From: a virus
Lineage: Duplodnaviria; Caudoviricetes
Virus record (IMG/VR): IMGVR_UViG_3300037067_016568
Coordinates: 1 to 64,000 of that record
Strand: one strand, 5' to 3'
Length of the DNA: 64,000 bases
Made by a program: the position numbers and the translations under genes. Within the stretch, counting starts at the first letter, position 1, and each line of letters begins with the position of its first letter. Of this stretch, positions 23,601-34,457 are shown in pieces. Below the pieces are notes generated by a model that saw only the letters and a list, made by a program, of their open reading frames with translations, was not told the DNA's origin and searched no databases.

Positions 23601-26600
23601 GCACCAGGCAAGCTGATACCAGTTGAACCAGTCGCACCCACTGGGCCAGACGCACCGCCGGTAGGGCCAGTTGCTCCTATCGGACCGGTCGAGCCAGTTG
23701 CTCCAGCCCCCGTTGCGCCAATAGGACCAATCGGGCCTAATGATCCTTGCGGCCCCGTCGAACCAGTTGCTCCAGTTGGGCCTCCGCTTGGGCCAGTTGC
23801 TCCAGCTGCACCTGTCGCTCCAGAAGCACCAACAATACCAGTCGAAGACCAAGACAAATTCCGATAACCGTCTGTGACCAATGCCTGACCGGCTGAGCCG
23901 TCTATATTTGGGAATCGCATGTTGCTAATGACAACATTCTTCCCGGTACCCCATGCTGAAAGTTGTAAGTCTTCTCCAGACACTGAATGAATGACCGATA
24001 CTTGCAAACCACCTATATCATCATATTGCAGCCCAGCACTGTCAATTAAGCGGCCATGAGTACCAGCAAAGGGTATTCTGTTTGGTGTAAGTCGCGTTCC
24101 GTCATTCAGGACGAAACCTTTGCGAGCACTATCAGTTGTAATTGTAAAGTATAAATCATCTTGTATGAATTCAACTGTGCCTGCTTCTGGTACTGCTAGA
24201 ACGTCACCAGATTCTATTTTCATTGGTGCATTGCCTGGCGCAGCTTTACCAGCTTGAATGTGTAACCTTGCAGTTGGATTGTGTATGCCAATACCTATTT
24301 GCTGACCGGTGACAACAACTGTTTCATCCGCTCTCATTCGCTCTAGTGGATGATAAAAGTTGGTCAAGCGAGTTGCGTTATACTCTGGAACACCAGCATT
24401 GCTGTCAAGAGTGACAGTCCCCAACCAACGATATCCCTTATAATTGCCACTGGCAGCAAAGACTGGAACGCCATCTAGAGTAGCAAGGCCGTCTGAATCA
24501 ACTTGCACCCAATATCCAGCTGCCAAATCATCGGCGAACACGCCAGATGCGTGGCTAACAACGCAAGCATAAGTGTATGAATAAAGAACTCTTTGGCCGA
24601 TTGAATATGATGTCGCAGTGGCCCAATCTTCAATACGACTTTCAGAGACAGGAGTGTATTCAATATACTTTAATTCACCAATAGTAGCAAACCATAGTTG
24701 ATCTGCACCATCTATCTCTTGCATCGGGTAGGTGCATGCAGTCACATCAATGCGATAGAATCGATATTCTATCGCATTGTCGAAAGTGAAGTAATCAGAC
24801 CAAATATCGACACCAGTTGGCGGGTCGACGTCGGTTCTCGTATCCAAGATCGACCAGTTGACATTATCGTTCGAGCCAGAAAATGTCCATGTTCTCGGCA
24901 GTGATGGATAGTAAAGCTTAGCCTTAAACGCATACTTGTTAATGGCCTTCTTCACATATGGGCCAAAGTCGTATGTGATCCACATAGGCGTTTGGAAAGG
25001 ATCGCCCGGCGTATAACCGGTGCCACCAATTTGAACACCCCACCCAGGATTTCCGGGTGTATCTTCTTGATTAAAAGCATACCAGCCATATAAATATGTG
25101 CCGCCAACCTGAACACCGGTTGAGCTGGTAATGACCATGTTTGGTGCGGGATCGACAAATGATGTCATTACCGCTGTACATGTAGTCGTTCCAGTGTTAT
25201 AGATGCCATCAGACGGTACAAACTTCCACGGTGCAAAATGGATGTCAAAAGATGTAGTGCTTATAAATGATGCGAAGACGTCATACGTTCTGTTAGCAAT
25301 TAATGGATTTGCACCCATATCATTGACGATATTCGAAACTGATGGTGCAGTAATGACATTAACCACGTCCCAGGTGCTGTTGGCGTCATCATATAGCCTA
25401 ATCAGGCTTGACTCTACAAAATTCCAGCTTAAAATAGTAGTACTAGTTACTTTGAGATTACCACCAACTATATCGCTGTCGCTGGCATCTCCACCATTAT
25501 CAACCCATGATAAATTGCCATAACCGTCTGTTTGCAGAACTTGGGTTGGCAGGCCGTTGTCTCTTGGAAGATCGAGGACGCCTAATATAATATTACCAAT
25601 CGTGCCTGCTACGATTGAAATATCGCCTGTATCTTTCTTCCTTTCAACGATGTTGTAGAAGTTGCCTATCAATGAGTTATTGAAGTTAGGTGTGCCTGCT
25701 ACATCATACAATGACAGTATGCCAAGCCATCTGTATCCTTTAAAGTCTCCAGAATTGGCATAAACAGGAACGCCATCGAAGACTCCTAACCCACACGCTT
25801 CGACCAAAAACCACAAACCACTTGCTAAATCGGTAGCAAAATCGCCTGAAGTATGAGCAGAAAGACATGCATAGACGCTATCATGAATAACTCTATCGCC
25901 AACATTATAGGCTGTACCGGTTTCCCAATAACTGGCTCTCGAATTAGCTGGAACGCCACGTACGAGCTTAATCTCGTTTAGCTCAACATACATCGCACCA
26001 TAGCCAGCATCAGCAGGGCAATCAGTGATGAGCTTATAATAGCGATAAGCTGAGCCGTTGGAGAACGTATAATAAGCGCTCCATGTTTGATCGCCTGGAC
26101 CGCTTATACCAGTTCTCGAATCTAGTAGAACGTAATCGACACCGTTCTTTGAACCGTAGAGGCTGAATTGGGTCGGAAACGCCCCATTATCATTTGCTCG
26201 TAAAGCATACTTATTGACAATGGTTGGGACATTGAAGTCGTATTGTATCCAAGCCGAGGCAGCTAATGGGATAGGTGTAGATGACCAATAACGAGCAACA
26301 TTGTCACTAAACGCATTCCAAACCTCATATAATTCGCTGCTTGCACTGCTAATCTGTGGTGCTGGCGTAACATCAGAGGTCATTGTCGTGGTGCATGTTG
26401 TAGTTCCCGGATTATCAGCACCATCAATAGACATGACTTTCCAGGGGGCAAAGTCAATATCAAATGCAGTTAGCGTGCCGTTGTAGACAGCAAACACGTC
26501 GTAAACCAAATCAGATTCTAATGCATTGCCGCCAAGATCGTTGGAGAGATTAGAGGCGACAGGTTCAGTTGTTATGTCGAGCAACTCCCAAGCAAGCACA

Positions 26601-27682
26601 TCAGTATTATAAAGACGAATGTGATTTGAGGAGTAAAAGTTCCAGTTTAAAACATCGCCAGTGTCGGCTTCTAATCGGCCACCGACAGTATCGCTACTCT
26701 CACCACCCGGCACAATCATGCTGTTGACATAACGAACTGTCGCTACGTCGTCTGCTACTGATGGAGTTGGTGTATGGTTGTTGAGGAATTCGTTATCTGT
26801 TCCGAGATCAACCGCTGGAATTCGGAACGTATTGTGATTAACGATATTGCTGTTTGAACCAGAATCTAAAGTGAATGACGACCCGACAGCACGCTCTACT
26901 AATGCGTTATTTTCGATAGTATTAGAGCTTGAGCTCACGAGCTTCACAGCGTCTAAATTGTCATCTATCTTGTTGTAATGTAGAATGTTGCTATCTGAAT
27001 TCTGAACGTAAAAGCCGATGGTGTTTGACTTCGATGTGCTCTCAGTGATTGAATTGTTGTTAGAATAAACGATAGAAAAGCCAGTGTTAACGTTGGAATC
27101 ACTGATATTCTCTTCACCGTGGTTTCCGGTGGAGTTGAAGACACCAATGCCATCGGCATTGTTTATGGTTGTATTGTTCGAAACCGTATTATCGTTCGAG
27201 GAATTCTTAAGTACAATGCCATATTCGCGGTTGCCGTCGCAAGTGTTATTCGTTATGACGTTATTACCGCTTCCAGTTAGCTCAATGCCATTCTTATTTC
27301 CTGTGCATACACACAAATCAATAGTAAAGACATCTTCTGGAGATGAATTGTCAAGAAGAATACCGGCTTGATTATCTGTAGACGCTGTTACCGTGAAGAG
27401 TTTAAACATACCGGACACAGCAGTAATCCGGACAGTCGGCGCAGACGTCCCGTCTCCTCGGATAATTGTTGTACGTGGGTCGTCAGTATAGATATTGAGG
27501 ATTTTATTAATTGTCAGATTTTCGGCATACGTCCCCGGTCTGACATAAATGACATCTTTTTCAGCGGCGGCGTCAATAGCCGCCTGAATAGTAGTATATT
27601 CATCATAGTCAGTAGAACCGACGCTGATGGTGTAATCAGCAGTTGCTTTAGTGACTATTCTGTCGGTATTTCTTAACGTCAT
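20639..27682 (-). CDS. collagen-like fibre protein with N-terminal parallel beta-helix (pectin-lyase/NosD-like) and two discoidin-like domains
   Basis: [11 protein letters not shown]...PGTY.EN beta-helix start; N-rich repeats; two GS.NG..W/Y..LD motifs; ~1000 aa G-X-Y. Confidence 0.85.
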   Translation of the reverse strand: MTLRNTDRIVTKATADYTISVGSTDYDEYTTIQAAIDAAAEKDVIYVRPGTYAENLTINKILNIYTDDPRTTIIRGDGTSAPTVRITAVSGMFKLFTVTASTDNQAGILLDNSSPEDVFTIDLCVCTGNKNGIELTGSGNNVITNNTCDGNREYGIVLKNSSNDNTVSNNTTINNADGIGVFNSTGNHGEENISDSNVNTGFSIVYSNNNSITESTSKSNTIGFYVQNSDSNILHYNKIDDNLDAVKLVSSSSNTIENNALVERAVGSSFTLDSGSNSNIVNHNTFRIPAVDLGTDNEFLNNHTPTPSVADDVATVRYVNSMIVPGGESSDTVGGRLEADTGDVLNWNFYSSNHIRLYNTDVLAWELLDITTEPVASNLSNDLGGNALESDLVYDVFAVYNGTLTAFDIDFAPWKVMSIDGADNPGTTTCTTTMTSDVTPAPQISSASSELYEVWNAFSDNVARYWSSTPIPLAASAWIQYDFNVPTIVNKYALRANDNGAFPTQFSLYGSKNGVDYVLLDSRTGISGPGDQTWSAYYTFSNGSAYRYYKLITDCPADAGYGAMYVELNEIKLVRGVPANSRASYWETGTAYNVGDRVIHDSVYACLSAHTSGDFATDLASGLWFLVEACGLGVFDGVPVYANSGDFKGYRWLGILSLYDVAGTPNFNNSLIGNFYNIVERKKDTGDISIVAGTIGNIILGVLDLPRDNGLPTQVLQTDGYGNLSWVDNGGDASDSDIVGGNLKVTSTTILSWNFVESSLIRLYDDANSTWDVVNVITAPSVSNIVNDMGANPLIANRTYDVFASFISTTSFDIHFAPWKFVPSDGIYNTGTTTCTAVMTSFVDPAPNMVITSSTGVQVGGTYLYGWYAFNQEDTPGNPGWGVQIGGTGYTPGDPFQTPMWITYDFGPYVKKAINKYAFKAKLYYPSLPRTWTFSGSNDNVNWSILDTRTDVDPPTGVDIWSDYFTFDNAIEYRFYRIDVTACTYPMQEIDGADQLWFATIGELKYIEYTPVSESRIEDWATATSYSIGQRVLYSYTYACVVSHASGVFADDLAAGYWVQVDSDGLATLDGVPVFAASGNYKGYRWLGTVTLDSNAGVPEYNATRLTNFYHPLERMRADETVVVTGQQIGIGIHNPTARLHIQAGKAAPGNAPMKIESGDVLAVPEAGTVEFIQDDLYFTITTDSARKGFVLNDGTRLTPNRIPFAGTHGRLIDSAGLQYDDIGGLQVSVIHSVSGEDLQLSAWGTGKNVVISNMRFPNIDGSAGQALVTDGYRNLSWSSTGIVGASGATGAAGATGPSGGPTGATGSTGPQGSLGPIGPIGATGAGATGSTGPIGATGPTGGASGPVGATGSTGISLPGATGATGIGATGATGIPGATGPSGGPTGATGATGIGLTGATGPAGGPIGATGSTGPQGASGLGATGSTGAEGAAGATGPGGGPTGATGSTGPEGPIGASGVGPDGASGPAGQPGATGPTGGASGPAGSTGSTGVGGSTGLVGATGATGIGRDGATGVAGATGLTGATGIQGRTGGASGPVGASGIKGSTGATGFAGATGATGVSITGPIGATGPSGGPTGATGSTGVAGIAGASGVAGASGVAGASGTGATGSTGVAGDAGATGSTGPQGTGATGATGSTGPVGATGPQGPYGGPTGATGATGSTGPIGATGSTGLVGPTGATGIDGASGASGATGVQGASGVGDTGATGIDGASGASGATGPQGEIGLTGATGIDGASGASGATGVQGASGIGDTGATGPQGYTGYSGASGATGLTGLTGATGAGLTGASGASGATGVQGDIGLTGATGVDGASGASGATGPQGNQGYTGFPGASGATGHTGDTGETGATGSTGPQGPTGGASGPQGEAGATGIDGASGASGATGVQGASGVAGEAGASGAQGEIGATGSQGEIGASGATGADGATGLQGDPGGASGPQGETGATGATGPQGDPGGASGPQGETGATGATGSTGPQGDAGASGATGPQGDPGGASGPQGEPGATGATGPQGEIGLTGDAGASGVDGAQGASGIDGASGAQGEIGATGSTGVDGASGATGLQGDPGGASGPQGEIGATGSTGPQGEIGLTGATGLMGPYGASGASGATGVDGASGASGATGIDGASGASGATGPQGDPGGASGPQGEIGATGIDGASGASGATGPQGETGLTGDIGASGATGPQGDPGGASGPQGETGATGSTGPQGEVGATGVDGASGATGLQGDPGGASGPQGETGATGSTGPQGETGLTGATGATGIDGASGATGLQGDPGGASGPQGETGATGATGIDGSSGATGISGAPGATGATGPVPSGLAGTKVYYVSDTSGGSPTRQLTFTDGILTAED

Positions 27683-27686
27683 GCCA

Positions 27687-27968
27687 TTACTCTCCCTCAG
27701 CCGTTATGTGAACGACAACATCATTCGTTTCACATTCTTTGAAAATGATGTCACTCAGATCCAGAATTGCCTTATAGACTTTTATGATGACCGAAGTGGC
27801 CGTTAAACTAATAATCTTGTGCGAAAGAGGATAAATATTATCTTCAAGGCCACCAGCATTTAGTTGGATTCCAACGCAAACCACAGGCGGCTGGCTAAAC
27901 GGAAGATCGAAAGTCCATTCTATGCCACCTGCGACATAGTTGATCTTGGTATCAAATAATGTATTCAT
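27687..27968 (-). CDS. small beta-domain protein, paralog of an internal domain of the 43225..47442 protein
   Basis: near-colinear match GGIEWTF...[29 protein letters not shown] vs GGVEWMF...DNIYTLSAKIISVSATAVVIKVYKAVLDL. Confidence 0.7.
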   Translation of the reverse strand: MNTLFDTKINYVAGGIEWTFDLPFSQPPVVCVGIQLNAGGLEDNIYPLSHKIISLTATSVIIKVYKAILDLSDIIFKECETNDVVVHITAEGE

Positions 27969-28050
27969 AGGAAACTCGCCTTTTTATTTTTGCGGATTTG
28001 AAACCAAGTCATCATTATTTAACTTTTCATGGCATCTAATGTAGATACTC

Positions 28051-28338
28051 TTGAAGATGAGTAAGAAAATGGGACCCAATGTTCGAAAGCTTATCTGCCA
28101 TCACATGTCTACAGTGATGGTGCCGCCAAATGGCGGTATAGCAGATGCTCTCGAAGCCCTTACAACTCCCGGCAGGCTTACAGAGGTAGCTAAAGAATCT
28201 ACTGAATGGGTCCGACAAGCACTAGAAGCTGTGAAGTCTGCGCCAAATAATCCATTCAGCAGCGATGAAGAAATTGCTGGAGAGATTCTTAAAAGAGTAG
28301 AGGAGAAATTGCGGCAAAGGAGAATTTCTAGTAAATAG
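28051..28338 (+). CDS. hypothetical protein
   Basis: 95-aa ORF. Confidence 0.45.
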   Translation: MKMSKKMGPNVRKLICHHMSTVMVPPNGGIADALEALTTPGRLTEVAKESTEWVRQALEAVKSAPNNPFSSDEEIAGEILKRVEEKLRQRRISSK

Positions 28339-28364
28339 AATCAAACTTACATCGGAGGATACTC

Positions 28365-28616
28365 ATGGCAACACCAATTCACGTTGCACGTATTGCATTA
28401 CTTCCAGTCAATCCACTAGGTGCTGTTCTGGATAAGAATACGGCTACCATAGCTCAGATGACTCAAGCATCAACAGAAGAGAGAGTACTAGTTGATGCAG
28501 ATATTCCAAACACAGGTGGCAATCCTACGCCAACTGATTATCTGAAACTAGAAGCCGCCGATGATTACATTTTGCGGCATATCGATCAGACCTATATCAT
28601 TACGTACGGTCAATAA
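28365..28616 (+). CDS. hypothetical (possibly structural) protein
   Basis: GGAGG RBS upstream, terminator downstream. Confidence 0.6.
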   Translation: MATPIHVARIALLPVNPLGAVLDKNTATIAQMTQASTEERVLVDADIPNTGGNPTPTDYLKLEAADDYILRHIDQTYIITYGQ

Positions 28617-28622
28617 AATACG

Positions 28623-28654
28623 ACAACGGCGTGCTAGCAATAGCACGCCGTTGT
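28623..28654. terminator. perfect hairpin between convergent genes
   Basis: ACAACGGCGTGCTA-GCAA-TAGCACGCCGTTGT. Confidence 0.7.
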
Positions 28655-28681
28655 GCATCTCAACCCTTGTTAGGACACCCT

Positions 28682-29161
28682 TTACTTGGGCAGAGGTGAC
28701 GGACAAATTGGCGGCTGTGCCGGAGCACAAGCTGCTGGTGTGCAAGCTGCAGGAGCGCAGGCTTCAGGAGCACACTCTCTAATCCTACGGTGACGACGCC
28801 GTTCGACTTCGCGTTTTACGACGACGACCTCACGAGTTCTAACAATCCGGCGCTTCGCCTTTTCGCAAGTAACAGGCTCACAAGCTGCCGGTGTGCAAGC
28901 TGCCGGTGTGCAAGCTGCAGGAGCACAAGCGTTGCAAGCTCTCTCAGCGGCTCTCGATGCTCGGCGATCCTTGCGGACTTCTCTGTCGCCTGGGATCAGC
29001 TTGACCGCACCAGCCAAAATGTGACGAACTGGCCGAATTGCGCGGACTTTGTGAACCTCAACGGCAGTGCAAGCGGCGGGAGCGCAAGCTTCCGGCGCAC
29101 ATGCAGCCGGGGTGCACGGCGCACCCAGCATAGCTGCGGATAACAAAAGTGAACTCAACAT
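28682..29161 (-). CDS. secreted Cys-rich CAPAAC-repeat protein
   Basis: signal-like MLSSLLLSAAMLGAP (start 29161, GGAGG upstream); C(A/T)PAA pentapeptide repeats. Confidence 0.6.
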   Translation of the reverse strand: MLSSLLLSAAMLGAPCTPAACAPEACAPAACTAVEVHKVRAIRPVRHILAGAVKLIPGDREVRKDRRASRAAERACNACAPAACTPAACTPAACEPVTCEKAKRRIVRTREVVVVKREVERRRHRRIRECAPEACAPAACTPAACAPAQPPICPSPLPK

Positions 29162-29297
29162 GTCAGAGATCCTCCAACCATAGTTTACATCCGGCCTACA
29201 AAGCCGAAAACCGTTATTAAAATACAGAGGCAATTCCTCTACAATACATTATATCTTTGCAAGAGGATTTGAGAAACTTGGTTAGTATTTATCATAT

Positions 29298-29777
29298 ATG
29301 AGCCTTGAAGTCAGCAACACCTTTGGACGGCCAGTCAAATTAGTACGTGATAAAATACGTCGGTCATTACATGATACCTACGAGGGGATAGCCCATGTCT
29401 TTGCACATTACCCCGCTATGGTTTGCATTGGCCGAGTAAAGGAAAATGGTAAGTGGACTATTAGTATAGAGGAATTATCTGACGACGATATTGAAGGCAA
29501 TCCACTTGTGCCAATATATTATGTTGAATTTGAAGACGAAGACATAGAAGAAGCTATTACTCTGTTTTTAGAGTTGGTAAAATCACGGAGAAAAGATTTC
29601 GAGAAGTATATGTATAAGAAGCTGGGGAAATCTATAATTCTTTCCCCATTACCGCGAATAATTCCTCCAGATGTTGATGCTCAAACATATTTATATGAGA
29701 CATTTCGAGATAGCGTTAAACGAAGCCTTAGTCGCAAAAGACGAGTTAGACGAACTAGATCCACAAGAAGTCCCTGA
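29298..29777 (+). CDS. hypothetical protein
   Basis: 159-aa ORF. Confidence 0.45.
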   Translation: MSLEVSNTFGRPVKLVRDKIRRSLHDTYEGIAHVFAHYPAMVCIGRVKENGKWTISIEELSDDDIEGNPLVPIYYVEFEDEDIEEAITLFLELVKSRRKDFEKYMYKKLGKSIILSPLPRIIPPDVDAQTYLYETFRDSVKRSLSRKRRVRRTRSTRSP

Positions 29778-30438
29778 TCAAGCCGAAGCCGCTGCCGAGA
29801 AGGCTGAGACTCAAGGGATCGATGATGTCAGTGAGTTGGGAAAAGCCGAGATAGAACAACAATACTTTCCCGACGATGCTCAATAAAAACTGTGAGTTCA
29901 AAGCTACAATAGAACAGGAGATTTCGAAATGCGAACACCAGTATATGTGATAGGCAACAACTCTCATCAGCCGGTCAGCGTCAACTATCAAGCTGGTGCA
30001 GAAGCTGCCGTTGGCGACGTGCCTCAAACTGCCCATGGCTTGCTGACGATTGTACCTGGAAAAAAGGTAACAATCGAGCAGTCACGAGTGAATTTTGGTC
30101 AGCTTCATACTTTGGCCTCCAACAATTTGCTTACAATGACAGAGGGCTACCTATGAGCCTCAGCACCATCACAATAACGCGGCAGTGCCCTGTAATAGAT
30201 TACTTTGTCGTTCTTCCGAACAACATCGAATCGAAGGCTACTGCCGTGCCAGTCGCTGGCTTTATAGCGGCCACAGGCGGCATTGTGAATAGGCTGTCTC
30301 AGGCAAGTAATCAAGGCAGACACGGCTATCGATTCGGTGCCCAAGAATGGGTTGAATTATCAGAAGCCATTGGCGGTTCAAACGCAGCGTTGGAAGCCGG
30401 TAAGACGCTCTATGGCACCAACGTACGAACCGACAAAC

Positions 30439-31110
30439 CTAAGCCGTGGGAGAGTTAAATCTTGCCACGAATGCTGCATAATCATCAGCAGTGTCGATGC
30501 CATATGTAGGCTCATCGGCGATTCCTACCAAAATCTTATGGCCTGTGTAAAGTGCTCGCAGTTGTTCGAGACTCTCCATTATTTCTATTTGACATTGAGG
30601 ATACCGAACAAGCTCTAATAAAAAATCTCGCCGATAAGCATAAATGCCAACGTGCCGATAAAAAGAAGATTTTAAAAGTTCTGGACCGTCCAGCAAGGTG
30701 GGGTAAGGAATAGGATTTCTGCTGAAATATAAAGCTCGATTGTTGTGATCTAAAACAACTTTCACGCAGGCCGGATTGGTAAGTTGTGATAGACTGCAAA
30801 TTGGAGAAGCGATAGTGCTCATCACGTCCGATGGATTCTCTATGAGTAGCTTAACTGCCAAATCGATTAATGAGCCTTTTATTTCAGGTTCATCAGCTTG
30901 CACATTGATGATGATATCAACATCAGCGTGATCTCCGATTTGGCTTGTGGCCATCGCCACTCTTTCCGTCCCGTTCTCTGCCGGGCCGGTCATTACAACA
31001 TTACCACCGAATGATTCTACTTCTTTGCGAATCTCGTCGACAGTAGTAGCAACATATATGCCTTCTGAATAGACGGACTGCATAGCAGATTCATAAGTAT
31101 GTTGTATCGA
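30439..31110 (-). pseudogene. kdsB: CMP-KDO synthetase, 5'-truncated
   Basis: NGTERV, INVQADEP, VKVV....ALYFSR.PIP, HVGIYAY, E.LEQLRAL, GIDT..D; homology extends to IQHTYESA then an in-frame stop, so the N-terminal PAR..S.R...K nucleotide-binding motif is absent. Confidence 0.8.
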
Positions 31111-31125
31111 TGATCAGATAGCGAC

Positions 31126-31428
31126 TCACCACTTTTCTCCACTCAACTTCTGAACTTCCTTATCCTGTTTGACTATAGCATTCCTCAGCTGCCTTGCTAC
31201 AAATGCTTGGTCCTCAGCATCATCCATAGCAGCTATCAGCCAACCAGACTTATACTCTTTACTTCTCTCGATCTCCGGTCGAAGTCGGTTGGAGTTGAAG
31301 AAAGCTACGTAACCAGACTTCCACTCACTAGACTCTGTTGCATACTTAGCAGGAATGCAATCAAAGTGGTTTGAGCATCCGGCTAAAATCACAACAACCA
31401 TCAAACAAACGCCTCGCTTTGTTAACAT
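31126..31428 (-). CDS. putative lipoprotein
   Basis: basic N-terminus, hydrophobic stretch, LAGC lipobox. Confidence 0.6.
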   Translation of the reverse strand: MLTKRGVCLMVVVILAGCSNHFDCIPAKYATESSEWKSGYVAFFNSNRLRPEIERSKEYKSGWLIAAMDDAEDQAFVARQLRNAIVKQDKEVQKLSGEKW

Positions 31429-31640
31429 CTTACACCTCCACCTTTATTACCCAACAATACCATTATATTATATACCAGGTTGGAACACAAGATGAGTTTA
31501 TTGGTAGTTTCGACAGTTACACTAATCCGGCGTCAGCCAAGATGCATAACACGGATTTGCCAGTATTGCGCAAGAGAAGCTTACCCGGCAATCGAGACGA
31601 ACTTAAACGAGCAGGAATAATAATTCTCCCTGCCTGTAAT

Positions 31641-32255
31641 CCTGTAGCTGCTTGGAAACGAACGCTATTCTCCATTTCGCGGCGATCAGCTTGCCCGACG
31701 TCCCGCCCTGTAGTTACCTGGGAACGAACGCTATTCTCCATTTTGATATTTCAAATAATTCCAGCGATTCTACCTGTAGTTACCTGGGAACGAACGCTAT
31801 TCTCCATTAGTCGAGCAACTCTTGGACGAGCCGTTGGTCCTGTAGTTACCTGGGAACGAACGCTATTCTCCGTTTTATTCCAAGGCTGCTGATTGTCAAT
31901 GGTCCTGTAGTTACCTGGGAACGAACGCTATTCTCCATTTCGGTCTTCTACGGCATGCCTGTAGTTACCTGGGAACGAACGCTATTCTCCATTCCAATAG
32001 GCGGCGCGACCGGCGATGCCAACCCTGTAGTTACCTGGGAACGAACGCTATTCTCCATTCTATTCCGACCACTCCAGATGCAAGTTCTCCTGTAGTTACC
32101 TGGGAACGAACGCTATTCTCCATTGATGCCGACCATTCGCTTTCGCAAGAGAACCTGTAGTTACCTGGGAACGAACGCTATTCTCCATTGCCGCTCATCA
32201 GGGATGATGTTTTTGGGTACCTGTAGTTACCTGGGAACGAACGCTATTCTCCATT
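31641..32255 (-). CRISPR. CRISPR array 1: 10 repeats (36 bp), 9 spacers (18-30 bp)
   Basis: plus-strand repeat CCTGTAGTTACCTGGGAACGAACGCTATTCTCCATT at 31641 (degenerate), 31707, 31773, 31839, 31904, 31958, 32024, 32089, 32154, 32220. Confidence 0.95.
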
Positions 32256-32261
32256 ACGCTA

Positions 32262-32807
32262 TTAGGTGGTTCCCGGCACCTTATCTTTCTGCACAGCCTC
32301 GGTAGCGATGGCGTATTGCAGCTTAACATAACTCGAAGCTAATATCAGAAGCGTGTTGAGGTTAACGGTGATTTTCTCCTTGGGGCACTCTAAGTGCACC
32401 AGTATCTCATCATTAACCTTTCGGCCTTTTATCTCAACCGCCCCAATTTCATTATTCAAAACCTTGCCGTTGATCCAAGCGGTGACACCATGACCGCTTG
32501 GATCAGCCCAATCGTCCGACAGGCCAGCAGCCGCCATGAAAGCCAAAAGGCTTTTGCCCTCTGGCGATCGTGCCAAACTAGAAGACATTCCAGAGGTCTT
32601 TGGAAGCCTTATTGTTATATCTCGCTCCACAGGCGTTTCGTCGTCTTCGAATTTGACAACCCACACTTCTGACGGCGGATTCGATGTATGACAAAGACGA
32701 ACTAACGACACAAGTTGTGCCTTGCCTTCGAGTTCTAGATGTTCACTGGGAGTCTGTTGCTTCTTGTAGACGGAGCACCAATCTCCACGCCTCAAAACTG
32801 ATTTCAC
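32262..32807 (-). CDS. hypothetical protein inside CRISPR locus
   Basis: 181-aa ORF ending within the array 1 leader. Confidence 0.55.
   Translation of the reverse strand: MKSVLRRGDWCSVYKKQQTPSEHLELEGKAQLVSLVRLCHTSNPPSEVWVVKFEDDETPVERDITIRLPKTSGMSSSLARSPEGKSLLAFMAAAGLSDDWADPSGHGVTAWINGKVLNNEIGAVEIKGRKVNDEILVHLECPKEKITVNLNTLLILASSYVKLQYAIATEAVQKDKVPGTT
32264..32281 (-). promoter_or_regulatory. conserved leader hairpin of array 1
   Basis: AGGTG-CCGGGAAC-CACCT on minus strand; identical to the one beside array 2. Confidence 0.65.
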
Positions 32808-32894
32808 TTTACTAGTCCCCCCTGTAGTCCTGTCCCTGAATCTCGCAATTAAATCTCTGCGCTGTGATACCTTTTTATAGCTCGACGGATGTGG

Positions 32895-33440
32895 TTAATT
32901 AGCTTCGAGTTCGGCAATCCGTGTTTGAAGTTCGGCAATCCGTGTTTGAAGTTCGGCAATTCGTGCTCGAAGCGCCTCATTCTCCGCTTCCAGGGTCTTA
33001 ATACGCGCCAAAAGCTGGTCCTGGACCGCCTGCATTGACGCCTTGATTTTGCGAGCTTCCTTATATGGATCAGCTGGCTTGGCCCGGCGACGACTACGTG
33101 GGGCGTCGGATTTCGTTTTGGCGAGCATGCCGTTATACATGTCGCGAAGCTTACCATTCTTCCATTGATATTCTTCCGGATAGTGCTTGAGCATCATCCG
33201 TAATTCGGAGAAGGTCAAGCAAAGGTCGATGACATACTCATCCAAGATGGCCAAGAGTTTGTTGTTGTCCAAGATCTCATTGTCGGCCCGAAAATCTGGA
33301 TCTTCATAGACGCTGTTCAGCAGAGTTGTCCGCCGATAGGCGTTGTGGCCGCTTGACTGCTGTAGCTTCCGGACTTGCTGTAAGAGCTTCTTGTACTGCT
33401 TTTCGCAGCGTGGCTGGGTTGGTGTGGTCGACCTCATCAA
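32895..33440 (-). CDS. hypothetical protein with C-terminal coiled coil
   Basis: GGAGA RBS; heptad IAELQTR repeats encoded by a 21-bp tandem repeat at 32909-32960. Confidence 0.6.
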   Translation of the reverse strand: MMRSTTPTQPRCEKQYKKLLQQVRKLQQSSGHNAYRRTTLLNSVYEDPDFRADNEILDNNKLLAILDEYVIDLCLTFSELRMMLKHYPEEYQWKNGKLRDMYNGMLAKTKSDAPRSRRRAKPADPYKEARKIKASMQAVQDQLLARIKTLEAENEALRARIAELQTRIAELQTRIAELEAN

Positions 33441-33568
33441 TAGTTCTCCTTAGTCTTTTATGAAAAGCTGATAGTTGCGCACATTGACGACAACAAAATT
33501 TCTTGTTGCCGTTCAATGGCGTCTTACATATTGGACATTCCCCCTGTCCTGTAGTCCTGGCCTGTAGT

Positions 33569-33806
33569 CCTGTAGTTACCTGGGAACGAACGCTATTCTC
33601 CATTTTCGGCATCGGTGATCTCCCTGTAGTCCTGTAGTTACCTGGGAACGAACGCTATTCTCCATTTGCGGTTCTGTTCAGCGAGGAGGCTGTGGCCCTG
33701 TAGTCCTGTAGTTACCTGGGAACGAACGCTATTCTCTATTGCGACGTGCCATTACCGAATGCGATCTATGCCTGTAGTTACCTGGGAACAAACGTAATCC
33801 CACATT
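33569..33806 (-). CRISPR. CRISPR array 2: 4 repeats, 3 spacers
   Basis: repeats at 33569, 33631, 33705, 33771 (last one divergent in its distal half); extra CCTGTAGT octamers before three of the repeats. Confidence 0.9.
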
Positions 33807-33811
33807 TCGCT

Positions 33812-33835
33812 TTTAGGTGGTTCCCGGCACCTAAA
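33812..33835 (-). promoter_or_regulatory. conserved leader hairpin of array 2
   Basis: plus strand TTTAGGTG-GTTCCCGG-CACCTAAA. Confidence 0.65.
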
Positions 33836-33844
33836 TATGTCCCC

Positions 33845-34147
33845 TTAGTCCGGCAGCCTGAAAATATTAACCCATCTTCCATAGATTTTTGTTTTGCGCT
33901 TCACCAATTCGCCCGGCGTTCTGGCTAACGCCGCCATCACGCGATCTGATGTTTTCGTACATTCGTGCGGCCATCCTAGACGTTCAGCTATTAGATGTAA
34001 CAGCCCCTCATCACCAAACATGACAGCTGGGTTGTCTGTTTCTCTCAACACTTCAACGGCAGCATCGCATACTCGCATTATAGCTATGTATTCTGTAGTC
34101 GTATCCCAAATGGCGGTGTCAATTGATGAAAAAGAATATAAATGCAA
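33845..34147 (-). CDS. hypothetical protein inside CRISPR locus
   Basis: small ORF; helix-helix-helix-hairpin pattern might be winged helix (weak). Confidence 0.4.
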   Translation of the reverse strand: MHLYSFSSIDTAIWDTTTEYIAIMRVCDAAVEVLRETDNPAVMFGDEGLLHLIAERLGWPHECTKTSDRVMAALARTPGELVKRKTKIYGRWVNIFRLPD

Positions 34148-34171
34148 AATATTTCTGCTGCAAATGTCAAG

Positions 34172-34384
34172 CTAAATAATACAAGTGATAGAAACGTCGA
34201 ATGCGATTGATATAGTCAAGCAGATCCAAAAAGCCAGCATGCTACAAGCAATTGGCGTAAGGGGACATAACGTTTCAGCTAGTGCAAATGGCTTTATCTG
34301 GAATAGCACATACCAAATATTGCCGATAATCGGAGCAACAAATGGCGGAATAAGCAACCAGATTAATTTGTCTATCTTGCTCAT
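34172..34384 (-). CDS. small membrane protein
   Basis: two hydrophobic segments. Confidence 0.45.
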   Translation of the reverse strand: MSKIDKLIWLLIPPFVAPIIGNIWYVLFQIKPFALAETLCPLTPIACSMLAFWICLTISIAFDVSITCII

Positions 34385-34457
34385 CTATATCACTATTATA
34401 CATCACTAAGAAGAAGCTGTCAAGCTCCCATCTGGCTACCCCGCATTCCGCCATGGA

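Noticed and set aside
3652-23867. Many PVAP-rich and alternate-frame ORFs overlapping the collagen genes
   Set aside because: Antisense or frame shadows of G-X-Y codon repeats
31371-32305. ORFs spanning array 1 (and 33304..33612, 33746..33928 at array 2)
   Set aside because: Translations of repeat-spacer DNA
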